From: the human T2T-CHM13v2.0 reference genome, Homo sapiens
DNA: 64,000 nucleotides
Reading direction: 5' to 3' (one strand)
Assembly: GCF_009914755.1 (NCBI RefSeq)
Contig: NC_060937.1
Position 1 is the stretch's first letter, and every line of letters starts with the position of its first letter. Both the position numbers and the translations under genes were made by a program. Under the pieces are notes generated by a model. The model saw nothing but the letters and a program-made list of their open reading frames with translations. It searched no databases and was not told where the DNA came from. This document shows positions 1-10,942 of this stretch, piece after piece.

Positions 1-2555
1 TGCTGCTCATCTTCTTTAACAGGAGTTCGTACCCTATTATGAAAATGGACATCTGAATATAATAGGCAGTCTAAGCCCCTGAAGATATCTTGGTTTGAAG
101 ACAGAAAGAAACTTACAAATGAGGCAATAAAAAATAAATTGCACAACGTTGCATTTACTAACTAAGCAAGATAATAGAGTGTGAAAACCGAAGGGGCTGA
201 GCAAGCAAGCTTCTGCCCCCTTCACAGCTGAGCTTTCATGTGACCCGCATGCTAATCCTGTCATGTGTAAGATGCATTATTGAGATGACATTCATTATTG
301 GCATTAGGTATTCAGTTTGTTTGAAATTTTTCATTACTAACCTTCGCTTTTCCAAAGCCGATAACTCAGTGGCAAAAATTTATACCTTCTGTTATTCTTA
401 AAGGGCCAAATTTGGCATAAAATTCTAGTGCTTAAAATGCAATTTTATTTCAGGGGAAAATTGGGCTTCATTGGAGTGAGACTCTATTAAATATTACAGA
501 GGGTTACTAGCTAGCCTAACTGTTAAATCTGAGGATAAGAAGAGCAGTGGATACCACAGGGAATAATATTTTTATTTCTGTGTATATTCTGTAGATAGAC
601 TTGCAATTATATTAAAATCCTGGTCTAGCAAGTTTGGAGGCCCTGGAAGAGAGAATTACTCTTGGGTGGCCAATGAAGGTATTTCTGGGAATGGGGGTCT
701 GGAATAAAGCTTTACAGTACAGTCTTCCTGTTTCGAGGAAAGCCAGGAGACTTGTACATGTAAGGAGCCCAAGTGACAACAGAGATGAGATAAAGACTTA
801 CGGCCGGGTGCAGGAATGCTCATGTGCTTCCGGTGAAGGCAAACTTGTGAGTGGTGTGGCCTCTCCCCAGTGAGCTGGGGTTGGTGATGCTATCACTGTA
901 CATCAGGCCATGGGCTCAAGACAGCATTTTTCAACACTTTAATACCCATGCTCCCTTTAATACACTTGGTAATCTCGTCATTCCCACATGATTATAGTTT
1001 TCCCCAGAGTGCTCAATGTTAAGTCATATTAAAATGGAAATGTAATAGTTTCTCCAACACGTGACTCTTCCTCATTTCTTTACCTCTTACAGTAAACAGA
1101 CTTGATGTGTTCTCCTCTAAAAGCAGGGCTTTAACTGGAGGGAAAGGAGTGAGAGGGAAAGTGCGTTTCACAGTGCATGGTACATAGCAGGCTCTCAAAA
1201 AGGTTAGTCCTCTAGCTGGGCTGCTGGTGGAAAAAGGTGGAAAAAGGAAAACTAATGTTTTCAGCCCTATTAGATTTTGTACTTACCAGACGATTTTTAT
1301 TCAAGCCAGGCCTGATTGTGGGTCTCTAACCCTGATGGGGAAAATCCCACTGGGCTGATTATCCATAGGAAACTAAAGTTGTTACCAGCAAAGAGAAGAA
1401 ATATGATAAGAGACAGGGAGTTAGTAGGATTTTTGGCCCTAATATTTTGATTAAGATTTTTTTAAAGGTGCTATTATCCTGAATCTTTGTATATTTTATT
1501 TATTTTGCATGCCTGTTTCTCCATGGTGTATTCACATGCAAGCTTTTTGAGGACAGAATTGGGTGTTCTACTTGAAAGCATCAATGACAGCCTTGAGCTC
1601 CAAGCCCCTATACGTGTCCATCAGACTTGTCCATCAGACTGAAGGCCAGTCTTGGCTCCATACTGCAGCCCCACCCGTCTCCCCTCCCTGCAGTTTCAAG
1701 AAATGCCATGTACAAAATTACTGTTCTTAGGTTGTTTTATCATAGTTTGAGTATACAATAGATTGGTTCAAATTACACTTCATGTTGGATGGAAAAGAAA
1801 TATATATCCCTCTGGTCCATTTGCCCAGCAATGCATACTTTTTGGATAAAGTGAGTAACTAATAATACAAATCCTAAATAGAGTACAAAATGCTCTGTTT
1901 AAAGCAGTACATGTTGATCACATCATGAATAAGCTTTGAATCTTTTAAATCTATTAAGAACTGGAGCTATGGGAAATCAATTGCCTATGAATTTTAAAAT
2001 AACGTTTGCATTGCTAGATATTGTTAATTTTTGTAAAAAAAGTGCGGCAAACTTGAAGAAACTCTACTAGAATGTATATAGTGCCTTTTAGTCATTTTCT
2101 TCATTTCTGCTGGGGTCTTACTTTAGACCCCAGCCACTTAAGTGCAAATCTATTAATGAACATGTGCATTCTTAAGAGTTTACAACACCTAAAAGCTTGA
2201 GACTGTCTACTTTCTACAACACAGCTCCTAGATGTGCTAAATTTATAATTCATTTCTAGCTACTTTAAAACTACAAAATCCTATCCAACAATTTCTTTCA
2301 GAATTTAGAGTGAAAGAAAACATTGGTTTGATCTAAATTACAATCACTACATATATTCAGATTGACTGCATACTCTCAGGTTTGCACTCCACAGGATTCT
2401 GGGCTTCTATCAGTCCCCAGCCACCCAGCAAGGCTCTGCTTGATATACAGAGAATCACATTGGAAAGGCTAACCAGTCTTAGACTCAGAAAGACAAAGCT
2501 TTGATACACTGTCATGCTCTAAGTCTCCCTGAAGGCCTTCGGAGATGACACCAAG

Positions 2556-2900
2556 TGATATGGTTTGGTTCGGAGTCCCCACTCAAATCTGATCTTGTAG
2601 CTCCCCTAGTTCCCACGTGTTGTGGGAGGGACCCAGTGGGAGATAACTGAATCATGGGGGCAGGTCTTTCTCAGGCTGTTCTCATGATAGTGAATAAGAT
2701 CTGATAGTTTTAAAACAGGGAGTTTCCTTGCACAAGCTCTCTTCTCTTGTCTGCCGCCAGGTGAGATGTGCTTTTCACCTTCTACCATGATTGTGAGGCT
2801 TCCCCAGCCATGTGAAAGGTAAGTCCATTAAACCTTTTTCTTTGGTAAATTGCCCAATCTAAGTATGTCTTTATCAGCAGTGTGAAAATGGACTAATACA
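2556..2900 (+). mobile_element. Solo THE1-type MaLR LTR (THE1B/C/D-like)
   Basis: Begins TGATATGGTTTGG and ends TATCAGCAGTGTGAAAATGGACTAATACA, the typical THE1 LTR termini; 345 bp; flanks ccaag/ccatt are a possible degraded 5-bp TSD. Subfamily from memory. Confidence 0.9.
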
Positions 2901-3229
2901 CCATTTGTCTAGCCTTCCATGCACTGTCACATTGGACCTATGGCCAAAGCCCCATCAATCTTCATCAAGATTAACCAGGAGGCAGCAGTGACATAAAACA
3001 AGATGAGGTCACTGAGTGCTCTGGTATATCAATGCTCTACCCACTAGAGCAGTGTTGAAAACACTGACATGAGCTGCCAAGCATTAACCAGTATTCAATT
3101 GTGGAAGGTACCAAGTATTGAGTATGATGAGACCCATGTGAGTCTTCTTCTCATCCTTCTTTCTCCCTCTCTCTCCCACTTTTCATGTTCTCATGCCTCA
3201 GCATGCCTTCTCATCACCAAGTAAGGTAA

Positions 3230-3540
3230 GCTCACTTATTTGTTTATTCAACAAACATTTATTGAGCACCTAATGTGTGCCAGGCTCAAAATTAGCTCCT
3301 TATTGCAAGGACCTCTTTATTTAGCAAAGTAAAGTGACATGGAAACCGCTGATAAAACATTGACTTCAGTACTAAATTAGAGGTTTATTAAAAGCATTGA
3401 TAATACATAGAAAGGAGTAAACAATTGTGCCCGCTGGAGGGGGGAGATGGCGGACCAGAGGAGAGTAAGAAAGAAGAAGTATTAGAGCAGGTTTGAGAGG
3501 GAAGCACGTTTTTGCTAGGCTTGCGAGGAATCACAGGAGT
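3230..3540 (-). mobile_element. L2 LINE 3' relic
   Basis: TTATTCAACAAACATTTATTGAGCACCTAATGTGTGCCAGGC is the reverse complement of the L2 3' end; far boundary approximate. Confidence 0.7.
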
Positions 3541-3604
3541 TTGCTAATAAATTAATGTATACTCTAAGTGACATAATGGTTTTTCTGCATGTCTCATACA
3601 AGTT

Positions 3605-3960
3605 TGAAACTGAGCTAACTAGCCTGAACCACACACTGACCCATGCCCAACCTACTCTCCTTCTTGATTTCTCTGTGTTGATTTTTGGTATCATTAACCA
3701 ATCATATCTAGTCTTGGAAACTGAGAGTTAGCTTTGAATCTTGTTTTTCCTTTACACCCCACATCACATGATCACCAGACCAAATCCATTTTACTCAAGA
3801 AATGTCCATTTGATCCATCTCATCTTCTCCATGCCAAGTCCTTGTCAACTTTCTCCTGAACTAAATTCAGTACACTCTTTACTGCCAATCACTCCTTAGA
3901 AAGGAACGTATTCTTTGCTCTCCTGCTATGATGAATGCTGCCCCTTCACTGCAGTGCTCC
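3605..3960 (+). mobile_element. L2 LINE relic
   Basis: Pyrimidine-rich L2-type motifs (GGAAACTGAGAGTTAGCTTTGAATC...TTTACACCCCACATC...ATCCATTTTACTC); boundaries approximate. Confidence 0.5.
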
Positions 3961-3999
3961 AGGACCCTATATTGACCATGCTTCTGTGCTTCTGCTATA

Positions 4000-4027
4000 G
4001 TGTGTGTGTGTGTGTGTGTGTGTGTGT
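4000..4027. repeat. (TG)n microsatellite
   Basis: About 14 uninterrupted GT units. Confidence 0.98.
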
Positions 4028-4994
4028 CTGTGAGAAAGAGTCCATGTGTGTGCGTGCACATATGTGCATTCATACACCCACACGGCCAGGAATTTTTTCT
4101 CTTTTCCTTTATTTCAGCTGTATTCATGGCCTTTTCTTGTGGAAACCTATTCATAACTCTAAACCAGCTTAAATGTCTCTATAATTTTTCTTACTTCTCT
4201 TACCCATATATTCTGTAGAACACAGCACTGTAAATTATAATAAGTTATCTGAACGACCTGGACACAGCAGGATACAAGCAGAAAGTAACTTGATTTTTTG
4301 TTTACAACTGCGTGTTAAACTTGTCCATTTGTATAGTTTTCTCCTCTATTCCACTGGGTAATCTTGAGGCGATCTTATAGCTTTTCTAGTCTTTCTCAGA
4401 TATTATCAAATTGTCTCTCCTTCCATAAATGAAAAGTCTAGACAAATCTAATGTCAACAATTAATTCTGTGATTCAACCTAATGCTTATGCCTTCTCCAC
4501 ACAGCTCAGGCAACATGGGGTCTTAGAATTCTGCAGCAGGAACAAGGTCGCTCAGTTTCTCTCTTCCTCACTCCTCCTTCTCCTTTACTTGCTAACTGCT
4601 ATATTGGACCCTCCATATTTGGGCTGGGGGGCACAGGGTATGAAGGTGATGGCAGTGAATTAGGAGAAAGGTCATAGTCTTAACGTGGCCAATGTGGTGT
4701 CTCCTGTGGCCAAGGTCAACTGTGCTTGTTAGATGACCAAATGTTGGCCGTTTCTCTTGCAGGGATTTGGTGGGGTCTTCAGAGAGCCACCCTGCCCCTC
4801 CTCTGCCACCCAGGACAATTTACTGAAATTCCCTGAACAAGCTCATCTTCTTCCAGCTGGCCATGAGTGACTACCCTCCACCCCCATCTTCTGGCCATCT
4901 ACCTCATAGAATCTCCCTCTGGTGATGGTCACTTTCTCCAACTGGACATGATCACCTTCCCCAACTGGATGATCAACTGGACAGAATCATTTAT

Positions 4995-6190
4995 ACAATA
5001 AATTTTTAAGTTTAGAATACTTTTACATTTACAGGGAGCCTGCAGAGTTCCCATGTACCCCATGCCTAGTTGCCTCTACATTCATCCTCTTACTTTAGTC
5101 ATGTACCTGTGAACAACTAATTAACCAATGTTGATACTTTATTATCAGCTAAAGTCCATACTTTATTCAGATTTCTTTAGTTTTTACCAAATGTCCTTTT
5201 TCTGTGTCAGTATCTCATGCAGGATACCACATCATCTTTAGGTGTTACGTCTCCTCAGCCTCCTCTTGGCTGTGAAAGTTTCTCAGGCTTTCCTTGCTTT
5301 TCTTTTTTTATTTTCTATTATTTTTATTTTTATTTTTATTTTTATTTTGAGATGGAGTTTCACTCTGTCACCTAGGCTGGAGTGCAGTGTTGCAATCTTG
5401 GCTTACCACAACCTCTGCCTCTGAGTTCAAGCGATTCTCCTGTCTCAGCCCTCTGAGTAGCTGGGATTACAGGTGCAGGCCACCATGCCCAGCTAATTTT
5501 ATATATTTTTTTTATTAGATAAAATAATTAAATTTTATTAGATAAAATAAATAAATACATAAATAAATAAATATTTATTTATTTCACCATGTTGGCCAGG
5601 CTGGTCTCGAACTCCTGACCTCATGTGATCTGCCTGCCTCGGCCTCCCAAAGTCCTGTGATTACAGGTGTGAGCCACCGCACCTGGCTGCTTTCCTTGTT
5701 TGGAATGACCTTGACAGTTTTGAGGAGTAGTGATCAGGTAGAATATTCCTCAACTGGGATTTTTCTGATGACCTTTCCTGATTGCTGTGGGATTATGGGT
5801 TTTGGGAGGGAAGACCACAGCGGTGAGGTGCCATTCCCATACTATCACACCAAGAGTGCACACCATTAACAAGACTCAACACTCGGGTGTGAACTTTGAC
5901 CACTTGGCAGAGGTTGTATTTGTCAGATTTCTCCACTGGAAAAGTTACTCTTTATGTTCCTCCTTTCCAGACTGTACTCTTTGGAAGGAAGTTACTGTGC
6001 GCAACCCAGATGAAGGAAGAGAAGGAGGTATGCTCTACCTCAGGCAGATCTATGGAAATTATTTGGGATCTTTGGCATGGGACATTAGTCTATTCCCAGC
6101 CATGTATTTATGTGTGCATTTATTGATTTATTCAGTTATTTATTTATATCACCGTATATTCATGGATAACCATATTATATCTTGGGTTGC
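4995..6190 (-). mobile_element. L1MC4/L1MC5-type L1 3' end, split by an Alu
   Basis: CTAAAGTCCATACTTTATTCAGATTTC...CAGGATACCACAT before the Alu and ATGACCTTGACAGTTTTGAGGAG...GGAAGACCACAG...GGTGCCATTC after it match the L1MC 3'UTR on the minus strand; the sequence resumes colinearly after the Alu TSD. Confidence 0.75.
5297..5688 (-). mobile_element. AluS-type SINE with an AT-rich internal insertion
   Basis: (TTTTTA)n tail, both Alu arms, TSD GCTTTCCTTG at 5287-5296 and 5689-5698. Confidence 0.95.
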
Positions 6191-6707
6191 AATCCGACAG
6201 AATCTTTTTTGAAGACTACTTCAGGCTAGCGGCCTTCTGCAGGTCCATTTGACCCAGGGGAAATCTCACCCATCTTTGCCTCAGCAAGCTCTGGAAATCT
6301 AGGCTGTTCTCAACACAGCCTGTGCCTTTGCTTAGAACTCTCTAGAGAGCCTAATACATTTAGATTTTCCAGACCTGAGTCAGAGCATCAGGTCTTACCT
6401 CCTCCAAACTCCAGGACACAGCTGTCAGGTGGGTTTTTTGAAAATTGGCTAATTTTTTTTCTCTTGGCCAAGGTACTCTGCTGATTCTGTTTAAAGCAGT
6501 CCTTACTGTGGGCCTCTCTGATCCATTCCCTAACCTAACTAAAACAACCCTGAAGGGGATAGTGAGCTAAGTTACAAAGCCAGCTTTACATGCTCTTAGC
6601 CTCTTCTGCATAAGTTGTCTGCCACCTATTTCTCTCCAAATTTGTGGCTTCTTCCCTGGAAACTATAGGGACAGTCATATTTAGTATCTTGTTATACTGT
6701 CATAATT

Positions 6708-6894
6708 TAGTGGTTCCCCAAATTGTGTTCCTGATCCAGCAGCATCAGAATCAGCCAGCGATATGGAGATGCAAACACTCAGGTCATACCCCAGACCCAC
6801 TGAATCAGAACCCCAGGGGCTGGGGCCCAGCAATCTGCCTTTTAACAAGTCCTGCACCTGATTCTGCTGCAAGCTGAAGTTTAAGGGCTACTGC
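6708..6894. mobile_element. MER5A (hAT-Charlie MITE)
   Basis: AGTGGTT...CAGCAGCATCAG...CCCCAGACCCACTGAATCAGAA...GGGGCCCAGCAATCTG...TTTAACAAG...GTGATTCTG-like...AAGTTT, the MER5A pattern. Confidence 0.85.
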
Positions 6895-7039
6895 TTGTGT
6901 GTTCTCTCCCCACAGCTTAACTACAAGCTGTTTTAGAACCATCAAATAGCCTAGTGCCTGACTTGGCACAGGTTAGGGGCTCAAACAATGAACTGAAGTT
7001 GCATCCTCTATTATTCACTGCTATTGAAATTGAAAGGGA

Positions 7040-7186
7040 AGTGTGAGTTCTTGCTGTCAGGTGCCCTGGGTGCCTCCCCATTCCTGATGAGCTCCTTCAA
7101 TACTGTTAGCATATTTTATTAAAACCTTTCTAGTGAAAATGTTTGGAGCATACCATCTGTTTCCTGTCAGAACCTTGATGAATACA
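7040..7186 (+). mobile_element. ERVL LTR 3' end (LTR33/LTR16-like)
   Basis: ATTAAA followed by CCATCTGTTTCCTG...GATGAATACA resembles the LTR33-class 3' terminus; start approximate. Confidence 0.45.
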
Positions 7187-7399
7187 ATGTCCCAATAGTA
7201 TATTTATTTCCATGAAGGACCACAAAAAGGAATGCTATTCCAAAGGAGAAAATTGCTAATGGTGTATATTTAGGCTTTGGTTAATTGAGGATGAATAACT
7301 TCCCTACACTCCTCTAAAGATATAGATGTGTTTGTTTTCTACATTGCATATGCCAAAACTATGCTAATAGTTTATTATAAATAGTTTATGTATAAATGT

Positions 7400-7540
7400 T
7401 TATTATACATTATCCTTTTAATTCTCACAATAAGAACCATGAGGTTTTAATTATTTCCATCTTACTGGAAATCAAAACTCAGAACATTTATGACCTGCAT
7501 CAGCTTACAAAGCCAGAAGGTGGGAGAACCAGGACTACAG
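7400..7540 (-). mobile_element. MIR SINE relic
   Basis: TTTAATTCTCACAA...ATGAGGT...ATTATTTCCATCTTAC...AAAACTCAGA resembles the MIR core. Confidence 0.65.
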
Positions 7541-8610
7541 CATCTACCTGATGACAAAAATGGCATCCTTAGCCCCTCTATAGGTCTCCGGCATTGTCCC
7601 TTTGTTCAGGTGACACTACAAATAGATACACGGTAATGGGGTTTCTGTTCAGGCCAGTGGGGAAGCAGAGGAAGGGACACTAAAGATACCTAGAAGGTGA
7701 CTTCCTTGTCTGTGGATAAGGGCAAAGAACTTCAATGGTGGCCTGACTATCTGCTACTGTAAAGAATAGAACAAGGAAAGAGAGATAAGGAGAAGTAAAC
7801 ATTACCGGTGTGAGTGTCGCAAAAAGCATGCATTGTTTCAAGAGTTGGGCTGGAAAGACAGAAGAAAACTGTACAAGTATTGATAGGTGAAGAAAAAGGA
7901 CAAAAACTGGTCATACTGCAACTAAATTTTAACAAAAGAGACAATTACGAGAAACAAATTTAGGGATAGCACAGGTTGTCATGTGAGTGAGTGTGATGAA
8001 CCTAACTTGTCAACTCCACTTGCCAGTAGCTTTCCTGGTCTCATTGTCCCAAGGCAGAGGGTGGTACTCACCAGAATACAGCATGACAGTTTGTCCAGGA
8101 AAGTGGTGACAGAGCGCTTTAACTATTATCACACTAACTAACCACACTTCTCTTCTTTTTAAGAACAAATGCTAACCCCTGATATGAGCATAGCAGATCT
8201 CAAATCCAAGTCCCCACAGAGCAAACCAAAATGCCCTTGCCCTCCATAAGAACTATCAATCAGAATCTGTTTTGAAAAGTGCCTTTTAGTGAATGGTTCC
8301 TATAGTAGTAAATAAATAAATGCCGTTGAATGAGTAGGAATGGGAATTATAACAAGATTGAAACATAGGGGACCACTTTCCTGAACATAGGGAACAAAAA
8401 TGGTAACACCGTCATCCCAGCTCTGTGCTCAATGCTGGACACATTATGGCAAATGAGCCTTCCTGAAAAATTCCTCCACACTGTAGCAGGAGGGTCAGAT
8501 AGCACAGAGGTAAACTTGCAAAACAAGGTATGTAGCATCAAGGAAATAAACAATAGAGAATAGTATGGTGGTCAAAGGCATCTAAGGAAGAAACATTTGA
8601 GCACAAATCT

Positions 8611-10942
8611 TGTATTAGTCCATTTTCACACTGCTATGAAGACATTCCCAAGACTGAGTAATTTATAAAGAAAAGAGGTTTAATTGACTCACAGTTCCAC
8701 ATGGATGAGAGCCTTCAGGAAACTTACAATCATGGTGAAAAGGGAAGTAGGCACATCTTACATGGTGGCAAGCAAGAGAGAGCCAGCAAGAGCAGAGAAA
8801 ACTGCTTTATAAAACCATCAGATCTCATGAAAACTTACTCACCATCACAAGAACAGTATGGAGAGAAACCACCCCCATGAGCCAATCACTTCCCATCTGG
8901 TCCCTCCCTTGACATGTGAGGATTATGGGGATTACAATTTGAGATGAGATTTGGGTGGGGACATAGAGCCAAACCATATCATTTTGCCCCTGGCCCCTCC
9001 CAAATCTCATGTCCTCACATTTCAAAACACACTCATGCCTTCTCAACAGTCCCCCAAAGTCTTAATTCATTCCAGCATTAACTCAAAACTCCAAGTCCAA
9101 AGTCTTATCTGGGACAAGTCAAGTCCCTTCCACCTATGACCCTGTAAAATAAAAAATAAGTTAGTTACTTCCAATATACAATGAAAATACAGGCATTGGA
9201 TAAATATTCACATTCCAAATGGGAGAAATTGGCCAAACAAAGGTGCTACAGGCCCTAGGCCAGGCCAAAATCAAGCGGGGCAGTCATTAAATCTTAAAGC
9301 TCCAAAATGATCTCCTTTGACTCTATATCTCACATCCAGGGAACACTGACACAAAGAGTTGGCTCCCACAGCCTTGGGCATCTCTGCCCCTGTAGTTTTG
9401 CAGGGTACAGCCTCCTGCCCAGGCTGCTTTCATGGCTGGTGTTGAGTGTCTGCAGCTTTTACAGGTGCACCGTGAAAAATGTTGGTGGATCTATCATTCT
9501 GGGGTCTGAGGACAGTGACCCTCTTCTCACAGATCCACTAGGCCGTGCCACAATGGGGACTCTGTGTGGGAGCTCCAACCCCACATTTTCCTTCCACATT
9601 GTCCTAGCAGAGATTCTCCATGAGTGCTCCACCCCTGAAGCAAACTTCTGCCTAGACATACAGGCATTTCTATATATCCCCTGAAATGTAGGCAGAAGTT
9701 CCCAAACCTCAATTCTTGACATCTGAGCACCCACAGGCTCAACACCACCTGGAAGCTGCCAAGGCTTGGAGCTTGCACCCTCTGAAGTAACAGCCTGAAC
9801 TGCACCTTGGCCCCTTTTAGCCACGGGATGCAAGACACCATGTCCCGAGGCTCTACAGAGCAGTGGTCCCTGGGCCTTGCCCACAAAACCATTTGTTCTG
9901 TCCTTCCTAGGCATCTAGGCCTGTGACAGGAGGGGCTGCCATGAGGACCTCTGACATGCCCAGGAGACATTTTCCCCATCACCTTGGCTCTTAACATTTG
10001 GCTCCTCATTACTGATGCAAATTTCTGCAGCTGGCTTGAATTCCTCCCCAGAAAATGGGATTTGCTTTTCTATTATATAGTCAGACTGCAAATTTCCCAA
10101 ACCTTTACAGTCTGCCTCCCTTTTAAACATGAGTTTCAATTTCAAACCATCTCTTTGTGAATGCATAAGACTGAACACTTTCAAAATCAACCAGATAAAC
10201 TCTTGAATGCTTTAGTGCTTAGAAATTTATTCTGCCAGATACCCTAAGCCATCTGTCTCAAGTTCAAAGTTCCACAGATCTCTAGTGCAGGGGCAAAATG
10301 CCACCAGTCTCTTTTCTAAAGTGTAGCAAGAGTGACCTTTGCTCCACTTCCCAAGAAGTTTCTCATCTCCACCTGAGACCACCTCAGCTTGGATTTCGTT
10401 GTACACATCATTATCAGCATTTTGGTCAAAATCATTCAACAAGTCTCTAGGAAGTTCCAAACTCTCCCACATCTCCCGTCTTCTTCTGAGCCCTCTAAAC
10501 TGTTCCAGCCTCTGCCTGTTACCGAGTTCCAAAGTCGTTTCCACATTTTCAAGTATCTTTATACACCAATTAGCTGCATTAGTCCATTCTTACACTGTTA
10601 TAAACAACTGCCCCAAACTAGGTAGTTTATAAAGAAAAGAGGTTTAATTGACTCAAAGTTCTGCATGTCTGAGGAGGCCTCAGGAAACTTACAAGCATGG
10701 TGGAAGGGGAAGTAGGCACAGCTTACATGGCAGCAGGTGAGAGGAGGCAAGCAAGAGCAGGGAAAACTGCTTTCTAAAACCATCAGATCTCAAGAACTCA
10801 CTCACTGTCACAACAACAGCATTGTGAAAACTGCCCCCTTGATGCAATCACCTCCCATCTTGTCCCTCTCTCAACATGTGGAGACTATGGGGATTCAATT
10901 TGAGATGAGATTTGGGTGGGGACACACAATCAAATGACATCA
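8611..10942 (-). mobile_element. Complete THE1-type MaLR element (LTR - 1.6-kb internal region - LTR; THE1D-like)
   Basis: LTRs at 8611-8981 and 10575-10942 (TG(T/C)ATTAGTCC...ATCA) share idiosyncratic variants; internal region 8982-10574 is typical THE1/MST-int; polypurine tract on the minus strand at about 8982-9001; flanks aatct/gacct are a possible degraded TSD. Confidence 0.92.

Noticed and set aside
1615-1640. 13-bp exact tandem duplication TGTCCATCAGACT
   Set aside because: Ordinary slippage micro-duplication; similar trivial cases at about 4930-4990, 60982-61031 (25 bp) and 61211-61240 (17 bp).
9307-10632. Cluster of 90-160 aa ORFs
   Set aside because: Fragmented frames of the THE1 internal region; no intact gag or pol.
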